A stretch of DNA of 64,000 nt from Phoronis australis (taxonomy: Eukaryota > Animalia > Phoronida), in the NCBI GenBank assembly GCA_002633005.1, contig NMRA01000401.1, positions 269,827 through 333,826 of the forward strand. Reading direction: 5' to 3'. A program made the translations under genes and the position numbers. The notes beneath the pieces are model-generated. The model was given only the letters and a program-made list of their open reading frames with translations. It was not told where the DNA came from and ran no database searches. Positions 48,106 through 62,300 of this stretch are shown in pieces (position 1 is the stretch's first letter; every line of letters starts with the position of its first letter).

Positions 48106-51100
48106 TTGGTCTCGAATTGTACGTGACTCAGACGAGAAGTGATTTCTCGCTTTGCAAAGAGCTGGCAGTTGGTCGTCCTAGTTCATTCCATACTCGGTGC
48201 AACGAACTACAGTTTATCAGTGCTTTTGATGGCCGTATTTCATTTCCAATTTGACTATGGAACAAATCGAGAACTGGTCAAAAATGGTTGGTTTTTGAGA
48301 TGGAAGGGGAAGTTTATGACCTCTTTAAACAACTGCCATATGGTTATCAGAACACCACTGGGTTGTTCCTACTCCGTCAAACACTATTATAAAATAAAAT
48401 ACCTGAAATTGACCCTCTAAAGATATAATAGAAACTCAAACTATGAAAGGTAACCGGTTTTCTTTGATATCGTCGCGCATACGAATACGGGGCTCAAATA
48501 TCGTGCTGCGTGCCAGATTTGTATTATAGTGCGAACCACGAAAATTAGTAAACCGACCATCAACCTAAATAAAGTGGTCACACATGTTCTTAGTTCAAGA
48601 AATTTTAATAACCGGCTACTCAGCAATGAGTCGCTTAAGCTATTCATCTTTCCGCAAACGTATATTTACGTTGATAGCAAACGCCATATCATAGAATTTT
48701 CAAATTTCATGTCTGGCTGTTGACCGTCCAGATTCTTTTTTTGAGCGTTACATCTCAAGTGGTTATCACTACAATGAAATAACAGTCAATAAAATGGTTG
48801 CATTCAAACACGTAGTTTGCGTATCTTGTCTGAATGAGGAGGAACGGCCGTACGGTTAAAGGTGAAAACCCTAACCTATTCTACCTGGGTTGTCCGCGTG
48901 CAGCTGTGCAGAGCGTCACGGAGGCTGGAAATCTACAGACTAACAAATACACAGCATTCTGCAGGGAGTCAGGCCGCCATATTCAAGTCAGCGTGTGTGA
49001 TCAAAGGTTTTTTTTTCGTTCGCTTCTTTCTTCAATCAAACTTTATAGCGAAACTAGACATTTAATTCACTTTCGTAACTATTTTGAGATAATGCGTTGC
49101 ACGTAAAGCACTTAAAAACTCAAAAGTTTGAAGTATTCTTGATTACTAATTTTATGATATCTGTTCAATGCGCCGCCAGGTTTTGGTTACACGCTCCGAT
49201 GATTACGTTGAGCACGATCACTGAGTAGCAGGATTGGACCTACCCATCGAGCTAAATTAGCCGAGTTTGGAACCAGTCAAATCGGGGCCCAGCTTCGAAA
49301 CCACCGTATCCCTCCTTGAAAAACTACATTAAAATATAGCGGAAAAAGAACATTGATAGGAAAACCAATGGTTATGTAAATTTCGTTTTAATGGTCGAGA
49401 TAAAATCTCCAAAAGAGGTCTTACAGTTTTCCCAGTTACCAAATAGTTTTTGTTTTAAGTGAATTTTGTTTTTTGCGTAAAAATCATAAAAATCATATTT
49501 TGATAGCACCGTCATGCAGAATTGAAACATTTTATACACAATTCCTAACAACGTTTGGGAGATACATTTTCCAAACATTTTTTGAGGTCCTACATAATCT
49601 TAAAGTCTAAAGAACCGTTAGATTAAATTTGAATCGATTATTTTTATTACTTCAGTGTATTTGGTTTTATTAAAAAGATGAACGAACAATAAGTTTGCTT
49701 TATGTTTCACAAAGTTCTCTAGCCATAGGACGAAAATCCCAACAGCTTATGTCTACATATCTTTTCCTTAACTCTCCTCTGCATTCTTCGTTTAACTAAT
49801 TATTTTCTAAAACATATTTTGTATTCATGATTTCCAACGTATCTAGTGCAAAGGTGGAGCAAAGGAATATGAAGTTACAGGTTCAGAGATGCGTTCCGCA
49901 GAGCAAGATTCTTGCTAGTTTGACCCAGCAAGACCACGCATATTGTCGTGAGTTAAAAGCGTGTGTTAGGTGAGACCTTACCAGCGTAGACAAGCAAAAT
50001 GGTAGCCCCTGATTGGTCGGCGAGGTTGGAATGTTGAATCGTGTGAGAAAACTCACCGTTTCCGTTCCACGTGCGAAGAATTTTCTCCGCACGTGCCAGT
50101 GGGTCGCGCGACTGTCTGAGCAACGCAGCCCTCGACCCTTTCGTCAGTGACGACCACCTTAAGTGTGACGTGCCAGGTTCAATATTAGATCAGTTCATCC
50201 TCTAGTTCTTTTCTGTAATAAAACCTTTCTTCAGAATTATTGAAATTTTTTCGCATGCGGAATTATGATGTATGTTCTCTCCACCCCGATTGAATAGACC
50301 TAAATGTTTCATCTTGCAACAAACTTCCCACATCTTATGGAAGAAAACTTGAGCCTACCAGAAAAACTGCATTTGTCCAAAAAATCGGCTCATGGTCGCC
50401 AAAATAACAACCAAAGGTCTAAACCTTCCTCTCCCATAAACCCCTCTTGATACGAGTACGGCGGTACATCATCAAATTTCAGTTACCAATTAATAATTTT
50501 TCAAAATACAATATCACCAACATGCCACTTATTACTTCATTCTGTTATTAAGAACAGTTGACAAAATGAAAACCGATTCCGTGAAACACATCTGTCGAGT
50601 GATTATTTCCAAATAAATTGTAAAAGTTAGTTAATTATAAAGACCACCTCGTGTCCCATATGTTAAGTTAATGCGGAAAACCAGTGTCTTTACATTACTC
50701 TTGTGTCGTGTTACCCAACTTTGGAGAGGCGTGTTATGCTTAAGCTAGAGAAATAGTTACCTGGGATTGTTTCAGTATAGAAAACTGACGAGGCCACACC
50801 TGCGCGCTAACGCCGCGATTTATTTCATGGTGTCACTGTTTTCGACCGATTACATAAAAACGTCTTTCGTTATGTAACTTAGTCAGTATTTATGTCAGTG
50901 GTATTTTATGACTTCCTCTGGATGGACATGTAATAGACATTCTTGGAAGGCACGTTGCACTCGTGTGGTTTCACGTAAGACACAATATTTTCCAAGGTTC
51001 CACCTTAGCAGAGGTTGCTAGCTACAATTAGCGGAGAGGCAAAGGCGGATATTGCCGTTGCTTTACACCGGGTTTGTCATCCATCACCTCGTCATTCATT

Positions 51101-53780
51101 GTCTCGGTCACGCATTTTCCTACGCGGTTCAGGTATTGCGTTATGTCGCAGAAGCCCCGGGATAACATTAACCAACACGGTTAGGTAACATTAACATAAA
51201 TTAGATAACTAGTCGAGACAGGAAACCACCCATCGAACATCCCATACATCAAAACGGAAACCGCGCATGACTTCAACAATCGGAAGATCCATGACTTAAT
51301 ATTTGCACTGAAACTTCCGACCACGCATCACCAAAAAGGCAAACATGGGTAATCATACAGCCTTCCACAAAAATATGCTGAGCAAAACGATACAGGTTAG
51401 TAAATGTGTCCGTTGAGAAATAAACAGCACGAAGGCATGCGTAAAATGCAGTCGTTTGTCAACTACATCTAAGTTATTTAGTTATTTGCTAATAAAATAT
51501 TTAATACACCAAGAAATTAAATCTGAACATAACACTAGAAATATTGAATATGAAATAGAGGTGCAGTAATTCTCGCACAAAAGTAATTGCCAAAATTGCA
51601 ATATTCCATTTTTCAAAATCTGATTAACATGTTGCAAATAATGGGAGTTTCATGAAATGTTGATTTATGACATCTACATACTTGTAATAGACTAAAATTT
51701 TCTAAATAATTACTTTTGTGGAGAAATTTAATGAAATGGAATTTCACTTGCCTGCCATGTTGCGTGCTAAATAAGAGAAAAATTAACGTGTCTTTTAATA
51801 CGTTTATTGTATTCACAACCATAACTTACAGAGGAAACAAAGAATATAGATATTACCCCTGCAGCCGGGGTGTAAATACATAATCCTATTTTAGTAAAGA
51901 ACATACGCACCCTATTCACACCGGAATCGACTATAGTCACACGTATAATTATTAGATACATATTTTTCTAAATTGTTCATAATTCAGGCTGTTATGGTAA
52001 ATTCTCTTTTCTATGTTACAAAATTTCAAAAATTTCAATTTTCCGCATTTACATGCAGGGAGGTCTGGAATTAAACCTATCCCTCTCTCTCTATATATAA
52101 CGTTTTACTAAGCAAATAAGGAGATTAATCACACGTATGGACCACTCTATTCCTTAGATAATAGTTGTCAAACTTAAGCTAATAACGATCCCTGTTTTGG
52201 CTGCAAACCAGTTGTTCACCGACTTCCAAAAAAGACTCTCGGGGTATTTTCCACAGAATGTACAGAGTGGTGAGAATGGTGAGGTAACTAAACCTATTTT
52301 CTATAAGAAACAATCTGTACTAGGAATTCTGCGAGTAAGTCTAATTTGGAAGCATTTAAGTCTCGTGTCTTTAGTGAAGGAAGAATTAATCTATAGACAG
52401 TTCTCCACCATTCACCTGAAAATTCTCTATTAAGAGAGTTTTCCCACTTACTTTCATTAATATTTTGTTTTTCTTGGTATAATTACTATGATTCACGTTT
52501 CTTACTAAGGCAAAGCCATTCCAATAGTCAAAATCAACATTCAATTTTGTGAAATTTAAACATTTGTATCAAGCTCGAAGTGACACGAGGTACATCATAT
52601 TAGCTGTTACAGCCGGCTTAACCAGAGAACATCTGCACTGCAAGCGGAGTTGTGTCCCCTTCTGAAATATTCAAACCGTCCCGCTAAGATGGAGTGACGT
52701 CGGCCCTACTCGAATCTGAACATCATGTTCACGTCTTAAAATTGTCATTCGAAACGTTTTAAAGCATATTCTGGAATTATAGAAATACGCTGAGCTGGAT
52801 GGAGAAGCGTGGACTAATTCAGTATTTGTGAAACACTTCAACTGAACTAATCAGTAGGCAGTTAAAGTATGCTTCTGTGTACATCAAGAGTAGTGCCAGC
52901 GCTGTTTATTAAGTTTTCACACTTTAACAATCAGTCACTCTTCAAGTCGCTCACGGTAATAGAATTTTAACAGTCGGTCACTGCCGAGAATAGAAAACCA
53001 GTTCACGTATCGGCTAAAGTGACTCGAGTGCTTTGACAGATAATTAGAAAGCAGATTAGGGTTTGATCGAGTGTCAGTCCACGTGCAACGACTAACCCTC
53101 AAAATGCTTATCTCAATCATTTCGACAATATCTTCACCTGAGGTGTGAAGTTGTTTGCTGAAATTATTAAATATTTAACAAATGATTATGCTATCCGGTG
53201 CACCTACGACAGTTACCTGGTCACGTGCAGACGTATTCGAGAATCTCCGCGATTATTAACCACTACTATGAACATAATTCCGCCCAAACGATCAGTAACA
53301 ACTCGAATCTGAACTTCTTATCTCCCAACTTTGACAGGAAAGATGTCACATATTTTTAAATAAGAATTTCGTATCAGGTGTGAGTTTATATTGCAGATTA
53401 CATGTATCAGTCAAAGCTTATATAACTTCGGCCGCGTTTATTTCCATTTCTTGCCTAACCACAGACAGATAAACCAACTGAAAAATTGTATCAAAAGCTA
53501 ATTCAGTTCATTTAGAAACATGACGTTATTGGAAGGAGAGAAATCTATTATTCTATTATCTTTAAAAACGTAATTACCGGCCTAACCAAGAACTTCCTAA
53601 CATAAGGCTAATGAAGTAAACTCACGATCCGATCAGTTTAAAAGTACTAATACGTGTGTGCACTACATTACGTTATGGTTTAATTGTTGGAAGTGACAAA
53701 GTAAGCTCACTGAGGCTGGGGTGTGTGGTGAATATTCTGTATTTGAGACTACGTATTCACTGGCACCCTTATGTCACTAT

Positions 53781-53832
53781 AATAAATAAATAAATAAATA
53801 AATAAATGAATAAATAAATGAATAAATAAATA
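53781..53832. repeat. (AATA)n microsatellite
   Basis: Direct reading. Confidence 0.9.
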
Positions 53833-55707
53833 GTAAAAATGACACCAAATGCCTCGCGATTTTAAGAAAACAGCAAATACTGACGAAAAGCTCAAAACAA
53901 AAAGCTTAATCACCAACTAAGAAGGGTCTATATTATGAAAGTGACTCAAGACTGAGAGGACGGAACTTTGGTCTTAAGTTCCACACAACGACTTCAGAAA
54001 AGTAATTGAATCTCACTTGAAAGAAGTCCAAAGTGTCTGAGAACATACACATAATTGCTAGTTACTGATACACTGTCTATCAGTTATTTCTAGACTGTGA
54101 CGCGTTCGTAATTCCTTGTTGAACCTTTTTAAGCGAACATGAAATGAGAGCGTAGGACTAATTAAATTTCAGGACTAATTAAACTTAAGCTCCTTTCATG
54201 AAACAGACCCCATGTTACTGAACGAAAGTTTTTGCTTATCGTTTTGGCCTTTTTGTCAATTTTCGTTATTATCTTAAAATCATGGCATTTGATGTTATTC
54301 ACTGTGCGCATTCTTCTGATTTCCTATCACTTTTGTTTTGCTAGAACTAGTGTACGCACCACAGACTAAGTTACCCAACGAAATTTAGTTAACTACAAAA
54401 TGGTCAGCTTATAATAAGTGTCGAAACAAAGCCTAGAACATCACACGCCAAACGTAGGGCCAGTATTTTTCTGGTGCAGCAAAGGACCGACAATTCAGTT
54501 TACCCGATGAGTTGAAGATCGCCGCACTAGTTGTCTCACGAATTACAATGGGTCGAAATGAACGCAAATGATTACGAAGTGCATTTTAAGCTGCAAACAG
54601 TTTTGGACAGAAGAAATTGCCATTTACATTCCCAAAATTTCAGCAAATGCCGTCTAAACTATACCTCAAAGTGACTATTGAACATCGTGTCCTGTCACCA
54701 AACACCTACGAATCTTGAATATCGAAAGGGGCGGGGCTACGACCATTTTCGAAGTGGGATGTCTTCTTGGAGGTAGACCGACGGCAAATTTCTTAGATCG
54801 TGTTCGTCGGGGGAGCCGAAAATCAGCGCACGACCAAAACATTTTGGGTGAAGGTTTTATGGCGATGCGAAACTTAGTTTACAGTGACATGCAATAGGCA
54901 ATACACTACTCATTCACCCAACAACAGTAGACTATGACGTGTTTTAAAAAATTGCATTTCATTACGACACGCATTGTACTGTTTTTAAGCAGTCCGGTGA
55001 TAGATATTAAAGTCCCTACGACAATTTACTGGTCGTAAAAAATGTGTGCGACTCGAAACATTATATTTACAACCTGACAGTTATTTTTGAAAAGCAAAAA
55101 TAAAGTCCTTATTTTTAAAACAAAAATGAGCGTGAAAGGGAGCAAAATACCATGGGGTATCGAAGGTGTGCGAAGCCCACTTCATTCATTCAATTTGCAA
55201 GATTAGATTATAATTGTTGAGTAATCGTTAACGAATTATTTTGATTTGGTAAAGGTACTTAGGCACAGTGCTAGAGGACACTGGAAGCTGCTAATCCGTG
55301 TGAAAAGGGTCATTAGAATTTCCAGGCTAAATTTGCATTACGCAGATGACGTAATAACCCAAGTGTCAACCCTCGGAGTGTCAACTTGAGTTCTCGGGTA
55401 TTATCAAAGGTCGCAAGCGGCAACGTTGTACTTATACTTTGATATCAAACATTGTCTCAACTAAGACAGATTCTATCTCCCTTGTTTTCAACAAACTTTG
55501 AAAATGTTTCGGCAGATTGCAGAGGTAGAATTTTTAAATCTCAGTATTCGCCTTTATAAACCTAAAGAGCGAGGAGTGAGTGATCAGAAAGTAACACTTC
55601 ACAATACCTGAATACGTGTTTCACTGATACGGGTGTACTTATCTGACTCGTTGTTGACGACTGCTCCACAAAACGAAGGCTACGGGCAGTGAGAGGATGG
55701 CGGCTTG

Positions 55708-55854
55708 CAGTGGCGGAATTAGGCGGGGGGGGGCAAGGGGACCACGACACCCTAAAATTCTCCCAGATTCCATTTAGCAGTTCGGGGGTGCGAATTTCTG
55801 CTGGATAATACTCTGCCCTGGCCCCCCTAACTCAAAGTCCTGGATCCGCCCCTA
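55708..55854 (-). mobile_element. MITE family B, inverted
   Basis: CAGTGGCGGA...TCCGCCCCTA; flanks GCTTG/GTTTG. Confidence 0.8.
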
Positions 55855-58800
55855 GTTTGTATGCATCTAGCGTGTGATTCTCACAGCATTAAAATGGCGA
55901 TGTGAAAACGTAAATGTCTTCAACTAGTTAAAGTCTGAAATATCGGCAGAACAAAACATTCAACGCGTTATTTACTCTTTCAACATTTTACATCGTAGAA
56001 AAAAACGAAAAGACTTCAGCTTTAATATCGCCATGAATCTTTTCCGATATCACCCAAGAACTTTTGTATTAGCTAACGTAACATGCATAAGCTCCACAAA
56101 CAGGCGCCATACAAAATACATACAAGATAAACCTTAACATTCCACCTCCGTTGTAATCACTTCAACAGTTATCAACATTTTTGATATTTTCAAGAGGGGA
56201 GGATTCGGGAACAACAATAAATAAACACGTTTTGTTGTTCATTTAATTACGTCTGACCACTGTTCTTACGACGTGTCCAACTCGGAAAAATCACTGTGGT
56301 TAGCATTTATTTCTTTAGCAACAAACGCAACGTGTACATTCTCATGTCGAAACTCCTCGGAGAACATCTCTGACACATATCTGTTTACACAGAACTCAAA
56401 CAAGCTCAACAAACTGCGCCCGTCTTGATCATTATTTATCTCGCCAAATTTTCATGTGACATATCACCTTCTTGAGAAAAGGTGAGTGCACCCGTAAATC
56501 TCATACCTGTCGTAATTCACGAACATTCCAAGTAGTAAATAAATCCGTTGGCAGATAGGATGGTCAGTGCCGTCGTGACGCTAAGGGCGTGCGAAACAGA
56601 TAGGACCAGGATAGGTACCGGGACTTTCCGTAGATAAGCCTACCCAATGAAACGCCCAGGGAGTGTATTCGGAAAATGAAAATGTTCGGGCGTTATAGTA
56701 TCACCAAATAAACGTCCTGGCGTTTATTCGGAAAAGGGAGGCGTGTAAACGGAAAGCCATAGTTTGCTTAACACTGTGTTTTTAAATTTTACGTGGATAA
56801 ATGCATAGTTCGCCAACACTTTGTTGGTTTTTATAAATGACAAATGCTCCACAAAACTGAATTTGTGACTAAAAGTTTACGCTAAGTGGGCTTTTAAGAG
56901 GAAAAAATAAATGCTCCACTATCTGGACACTTGACACCAGAAGCTGTAACACCAAATAATTTTCCGAATAAACGTTTGGTCGGGTGGACTTATCTACGGA
57001 AAATCCCGGTACATGCACAATGCTGGAGGAATTAGAAACCGATTGCACGATAGCCACCATTCGAGCAGTGGGGTTTCCAAAACGGGTCACAATAGCTTGT
57101 ACTAGACTTTAGCATTTAAGGGGTATAGTCAATTGGTGTATGAAGCACGTTGACCCCTCCCTTCTGTTGGAAACTGAAGCTACGCAGCTGAGTAAAAATA
57201 CACTTTGCGGTCTAAATTTAAAGCTGCATTCACCCTCAATAACTGGCTAAAACGAGTGGGCCATTTAATCACACGCAGATGCATGCATTCGCCAATTCAA
57301 ATTTTGCAATTCTAGTGTTGGCCAACACTCCTGAATTCTGAAGCGTTTATTTGAGTAGCCTGTCGTTTCGATGTTCTTGATGTTAACGAAAAAAATCCTA
57401 TCTGGTAAGGAATATTACGAGACCGATTGCCTTAGAACTTTCCGTTTTAAGCCAACTTAACATGGCGAAATTCAGCTTTAAGTAAATTCATGATGTTTCA
57501 TCTTCACAACAGTAGCACATCTTGTTATTGACTACAACATTACAGTATTTCCGCTTTGGTTGTTCTTAAGTTTTGCTAGCTCTCTGTATATATTTCTGTG
57601 ACTACGCCACTGTATCAAATAATCTACATATCTTACCAAGTGTAACGTTTCAAACGGCGCGTAATCGTTGAACTTCCTTGGAGAATTTTAAACGCCACAA
57701 TATTCACAAAGAACGACAAATGTCAGAGAGCCTTGAAAAGTACGTCCGTTAAATGCAATCGACAACCAAGTACGGGATATTAGACCAGATCCATTTTGTT
57801 ACTTGTCATGGCGGGTCAGTGTTGGTCGCCAAGGCAGTATAGACGTCAGTGAAACTCTAGGCGATTTTGTAACCAATTTCCTTTCAAACATAAGTTAAGA
57901 ACGCAACGATTTTGGAGATAGTTGACACAAGAATATTGGCTTATAGCGATTGTAACTGTCCAATTACCTGTTCACGTGTGCACCGACTTTTAGTTACAAT
58001 TCAAACTTTGCGACCTGCTAAACCAAAATTGATTTGTTTCAAGTTACCAAGTCTCCCTGCAAGAACAGGAGATTACAGGTATCCCTCCATATTTAAGGTA
58101 CTGCAGAATCATAAAAATATGGTCATGGCATATTTGTAAGAGAATACATTGCCGCACGTATAAAACGTGCTGCGTAAAGCTGACGACACCGTGATGCTCA
58201 ATCTCGAGTCGATTGGAGGAGATATGGGTAATCTCTGGATGTACACGCTGGCAGTGACTTATCTATTAATCCAAAATAACTTGACGATTTCAGAACATTA
58301 AATATCCCTCATATCGATAAGCCATGTCAATAATCTATGGCATGCCACTGATTTCTGTAACAGAGGCAAGAAATAACAGTTTATCATAACTTCCCAAGTT
58401 TTAGAACAAGACAGTTTAGATATTCTCAACATTTACAGATCTGCATTAAAGTTATGCAGGACCTTATCAGCAGGCCTGTGCATTTAGAAAAATATCCATA
58501 AAATTACTGATTTTAACTCACTATAAGTATATGTTTTCTGAAGCCTGTACAACATGCTTTTTTGACTTTATCAATCTGTAATGAAGTGGGTCACGTGACC
58601 ATGTCTTTCTAGTAAAAGTTAGCAAAAAAAAATAAAGCTACACCGATAGCAAAACAGCAGTATTAATAACATCAAATTTTGTTTGATATAAATATTCAAT
58701 GTGAGATATCAAAAGCACTGTTGCAGTTTTCTTAAGTGTAGTCTCATTTTCGTTTTATTTAACTTGAAATATTCTTCATGAAAATCATGAAATTCCTATT

Positions 58801-59141
58801 GTTTGATAGCCGCTCATGAAAAAGAGAAACCTTTTTGAAAACAATTCCTGGAAGCATTTTTAAGAACAGTGTATGACGCATAGCATCTGAAAGTTTTATT
58901 TGAATCCGATCAGAAATCTCTGAGATATAATGTTCACAAGTCAACCAAATTTGGCAATTTTCATAGGATCCTACCCAGCCTTAACTGCATTTTTAATTAC
59001 AGGCTAATGCGGGCAGTAGCAGCATTAGGATAGTACCATGACTGCAATACCATGCAAAATGTTAAGTCATAGTTTGGGTTTGAAATAGTAAAGTCGATTT
59101 GCAAGCTTAGACGTACAGACAAGAGTAGTATACTACAAAAC

Positions 59142-59147
59142 TTTATT
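59142..59147 (-). terminator. Probable polyadenylation signal of the TPM gene
   Basis: AATAAA on the - strand about 100 nt after the stop codon. Confidence 0.6.
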
Positions 59148-59245
59148 AATATTAAAACATTTCACAAAGCACTTACTTTATAAGCGTTCACTGTAAACAA
59201 TTCAGTTGCAATAACAACACATTTACGTGGATACAAATAACGAAA

Positions 59246-59396
59246 TTAATTAAATAATAGAGATGCGAGAGGTGATATAATAAATAAAATTGATACACCA
59301 GTTAATCCAACAGTGCCACTTCTACCGCCATCTTCTGGAGGGTCGGGTAATCTCTTTACTGGCAGCTGAACAGGCCATTCACCTTTCAAAGTTCCC
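59246..59396 (-). CDS. TPM/MOLO-1-like gene, terminal exon with hydrophobic C-terminus
   Basis: ttttctcgttacag acceptor in the matching phase; Pro-rich linker, then a hydrophobic tail and TAA. Confidence 0.75.
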
Positions 59397-62300
59397 CTGT
59401 AACGAGAAAATCCTGAGCATTCCAAATTACTGTCTCCTACCATAAATTTATTTGATGCACGTTTGATATCATTGTTGTAGACATTTCATTTGTGGAAGCA
59501 GCAGTAGCAGTAGACATTGTAATGAAGCGCTCAGAGCCTAGCCCGACTTCTGAGGTATTTGTGATTACTAGGCGTGATTGATATGTGACCCACGTCAGCA
59601 CTGACCCCAGGGAGATCAGCAGCGCACTGACTCGGCTCCACAACGTCCTGCATCTCCAGCCCTAGTGGTCAGAAGAAGAACTAACCTGCATGCTATCGTC
59701 ATGTAGCGCTACCTATTATCAACGGTCATCGTATTTCAATACCAGTTTGTCGTAATAGCACACGCACACACGCAAGTACCAACCAAAATTAACTTTTGAA
59801 TGAGGTGCCTACAAAACTAGCACAATAACTGATTTCAATCTTTCATTTGGTTTAGACCTGTTACTCGTACCACTTCCAGAAACTCACTGAATTTTTTCCA
59901 ATACGCTTTTGAGCCCATTGAACATGTTTCCTGGAAACTCTCGTTGATGGTGCAGAACAATGTTGTGCACAATATCGTCCGTCAGTTTCAGTTGAGTCTT
60001 CTGTCCTGTAGCTATGTACAACTGCAACAAAAACAAAAACAAGCGGATGAAACTGCAGTAAAAAGCATCGGGTAAAGAGACATGGATGACGTTTCCAAGA
60101 CGTTTCGTGAAAAAGAGAAAGTCAGAGCTATCGAATAAATATGCATAACAACTAAATTTTAACACTTTCGTCTAACTTCTTGCAGTCCTGAAAAGCCGTT
60201 TTACGAGAGTCCTTCGCATTTATAATGCGCATGTCAAGCATTTATAATGCGCATGTCAAGATGCAAAAGAAAATGGCGTGAACACAAGAGACAATAGCGT
60301 GAGTACAATCGAAGAGGTATTTACTTTAGTTTTGTGTAGTCAGGCGAGAGCGTCTGCTTTTAAACGACGAGTAAAACTGTCGTGACTACCAGGTGGGTGG
60401 ATGTGACTACCAGGTGGGTGGATGCCATTCTTACTAAGTAACGAGCTCAACTTGGAAATGTGGATTTTTAAGCTTGCCCGATCCGATTGGTGCATTGAAA
60501 GTGTTCGCGCTTTGCCGGACAAAATAAATGGGATTCCCCGTCATCTTCGCCAATGATTTGAATGAAAGGTGCGATCACCCGGAAATACCAGCCATAAAAT
60601 ATATTTATTTACGAATAGTTGATGTCTGATGGTAAATAAAAATCTAAGGCACGTTTTTCTTTCGCCCGTAGATTGTGAAAACAAAATGAAGGGCGCATTG
60701 TTTTGATAATCTACCCAAGCCTTAAAGATAACCAGGTGTTTTAAACTGCCAAAAACATGGAAAATCGTGAAAAGGCCTGAAAACAGTCAATAAAGATTTC
60801 CCACCTACGGTAGTTGAAGTCGTCTCAAATAGCTCACACATGGGGCGCATAAAAATGCCTTTAGAGAATTGCCATCACTTTATGCAATAAATTGTACTTT
60901 AAAAAATCCAAGAAGGTTGAAACTTACTTGAGGTACAAATAGCGACAACAAACATGTTTTTTAAATATGACTAAAAATTTTTGATGATTTTTAAAATGTA
61001 AGTCAGTTCAAATTCAGTTCAGAAGTCCGTTTCAAATTAATGAGAGGTTTCTTTTAAAATGCGCAATAAACTAACTGGCCACAAGTCGGGAATGAGAAGG
61101 TGAACATTTAAGAGGTGGTGAAAGACTGCTTTTCGCCCATCAACACCTGCAGCCACCGAGAGCTATTTATTTTTTCTTTTAGTCAATGACCACAAGTCTC
61201 GAAATCACAATTACACCATTTTGGCTTTACAAACATTTCTACATTGATTGATTATACCATACAAATCTTATAGCTTAGAGCCCTGTTATTAGTCTGGCAT
61301 TTTGATTGACACGTGTCGAAAAATCAGCTTTTCACTGTAGTGATGTCGCCTGGTTTACATCTCATGCAGATTTATGCTTCATTGCGAAACAGTTTGAAAA
61401 GACCGTATTTATTTGCCTTACCACACTGTCATCTTTAGAATACAATATAATAACGTCATCTTCACATCTGGAAAAGTTCCAGCTGCGTCGTCCGAGATAC
61501 TCAGCGAACAACCTAGCCTCTTGTAACTTCGCTTTAGTCGAGGAGTCTGCCCTGTAATTCAGGTCAATGGATTAGCCGCGTGTATCGCCACGTAACCTGT
61601 CTTTACCTCAGTAATTACAGACTACAAGGAAACCAGGACTACATCACTCCCAGATGGAAACGAGTAGAAACCATGTGGACCACAAATTGGCTTAAGCCTA
61701 CATTTCGCATAGAAACGTTACTTGTTGTAGTTGCGATGCCCATTTAGCAATTAAGATATAATGCACGCTATTCACCATAAAATGGATAGTCCACTTGCAA
61801 TATTTACCGACTTTCAAAAAGAGTCCGCTCACTCACTGCAATTTACAAAAATCCTGTACAAGGGAATCGGTTGCGGGAACTAGATGAGTGTCTCGCTGAT
61901 TTTGGTTAATTTACATATAACATTGAGCCAAAGGGCGCATGAACGACATTTAAAAGTGATTGTCTGTTATGCCAGAATATTTTAAGCGTATTTAAAGATA
62001 CTCCTTCCTTTTCCAGATTTTAACGTAGGTTAGTTGAGTCGAAACTTAAACCTAAGTACTGCTCATTCAACACAACACCAAATAATTTGAAAATTTACCG
62101 GAATTTAGCATGAATTTATTTTCGGAGGTATCACCACCTAAAATGGCCGCCGCAGTGAGTGACCGTCTGACTCGAGCATTATGGGTACTCACTTAAATGG
62201 CGCCATATGTTACGAGGTTTCCACGGAAACCACGCACACTTAAAAATATAATTCAGAAACTCTCGATTGACAGGCGGCAGCACATGTGGGAACGACTGAA

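Noticed and set aside
59888-60021. Second open frame in this exon (VHSYRTEDSTETDG...)
   Set aside because: It is not the frame delivered by the upstream phase-0 junction and lacks TPM motifs.
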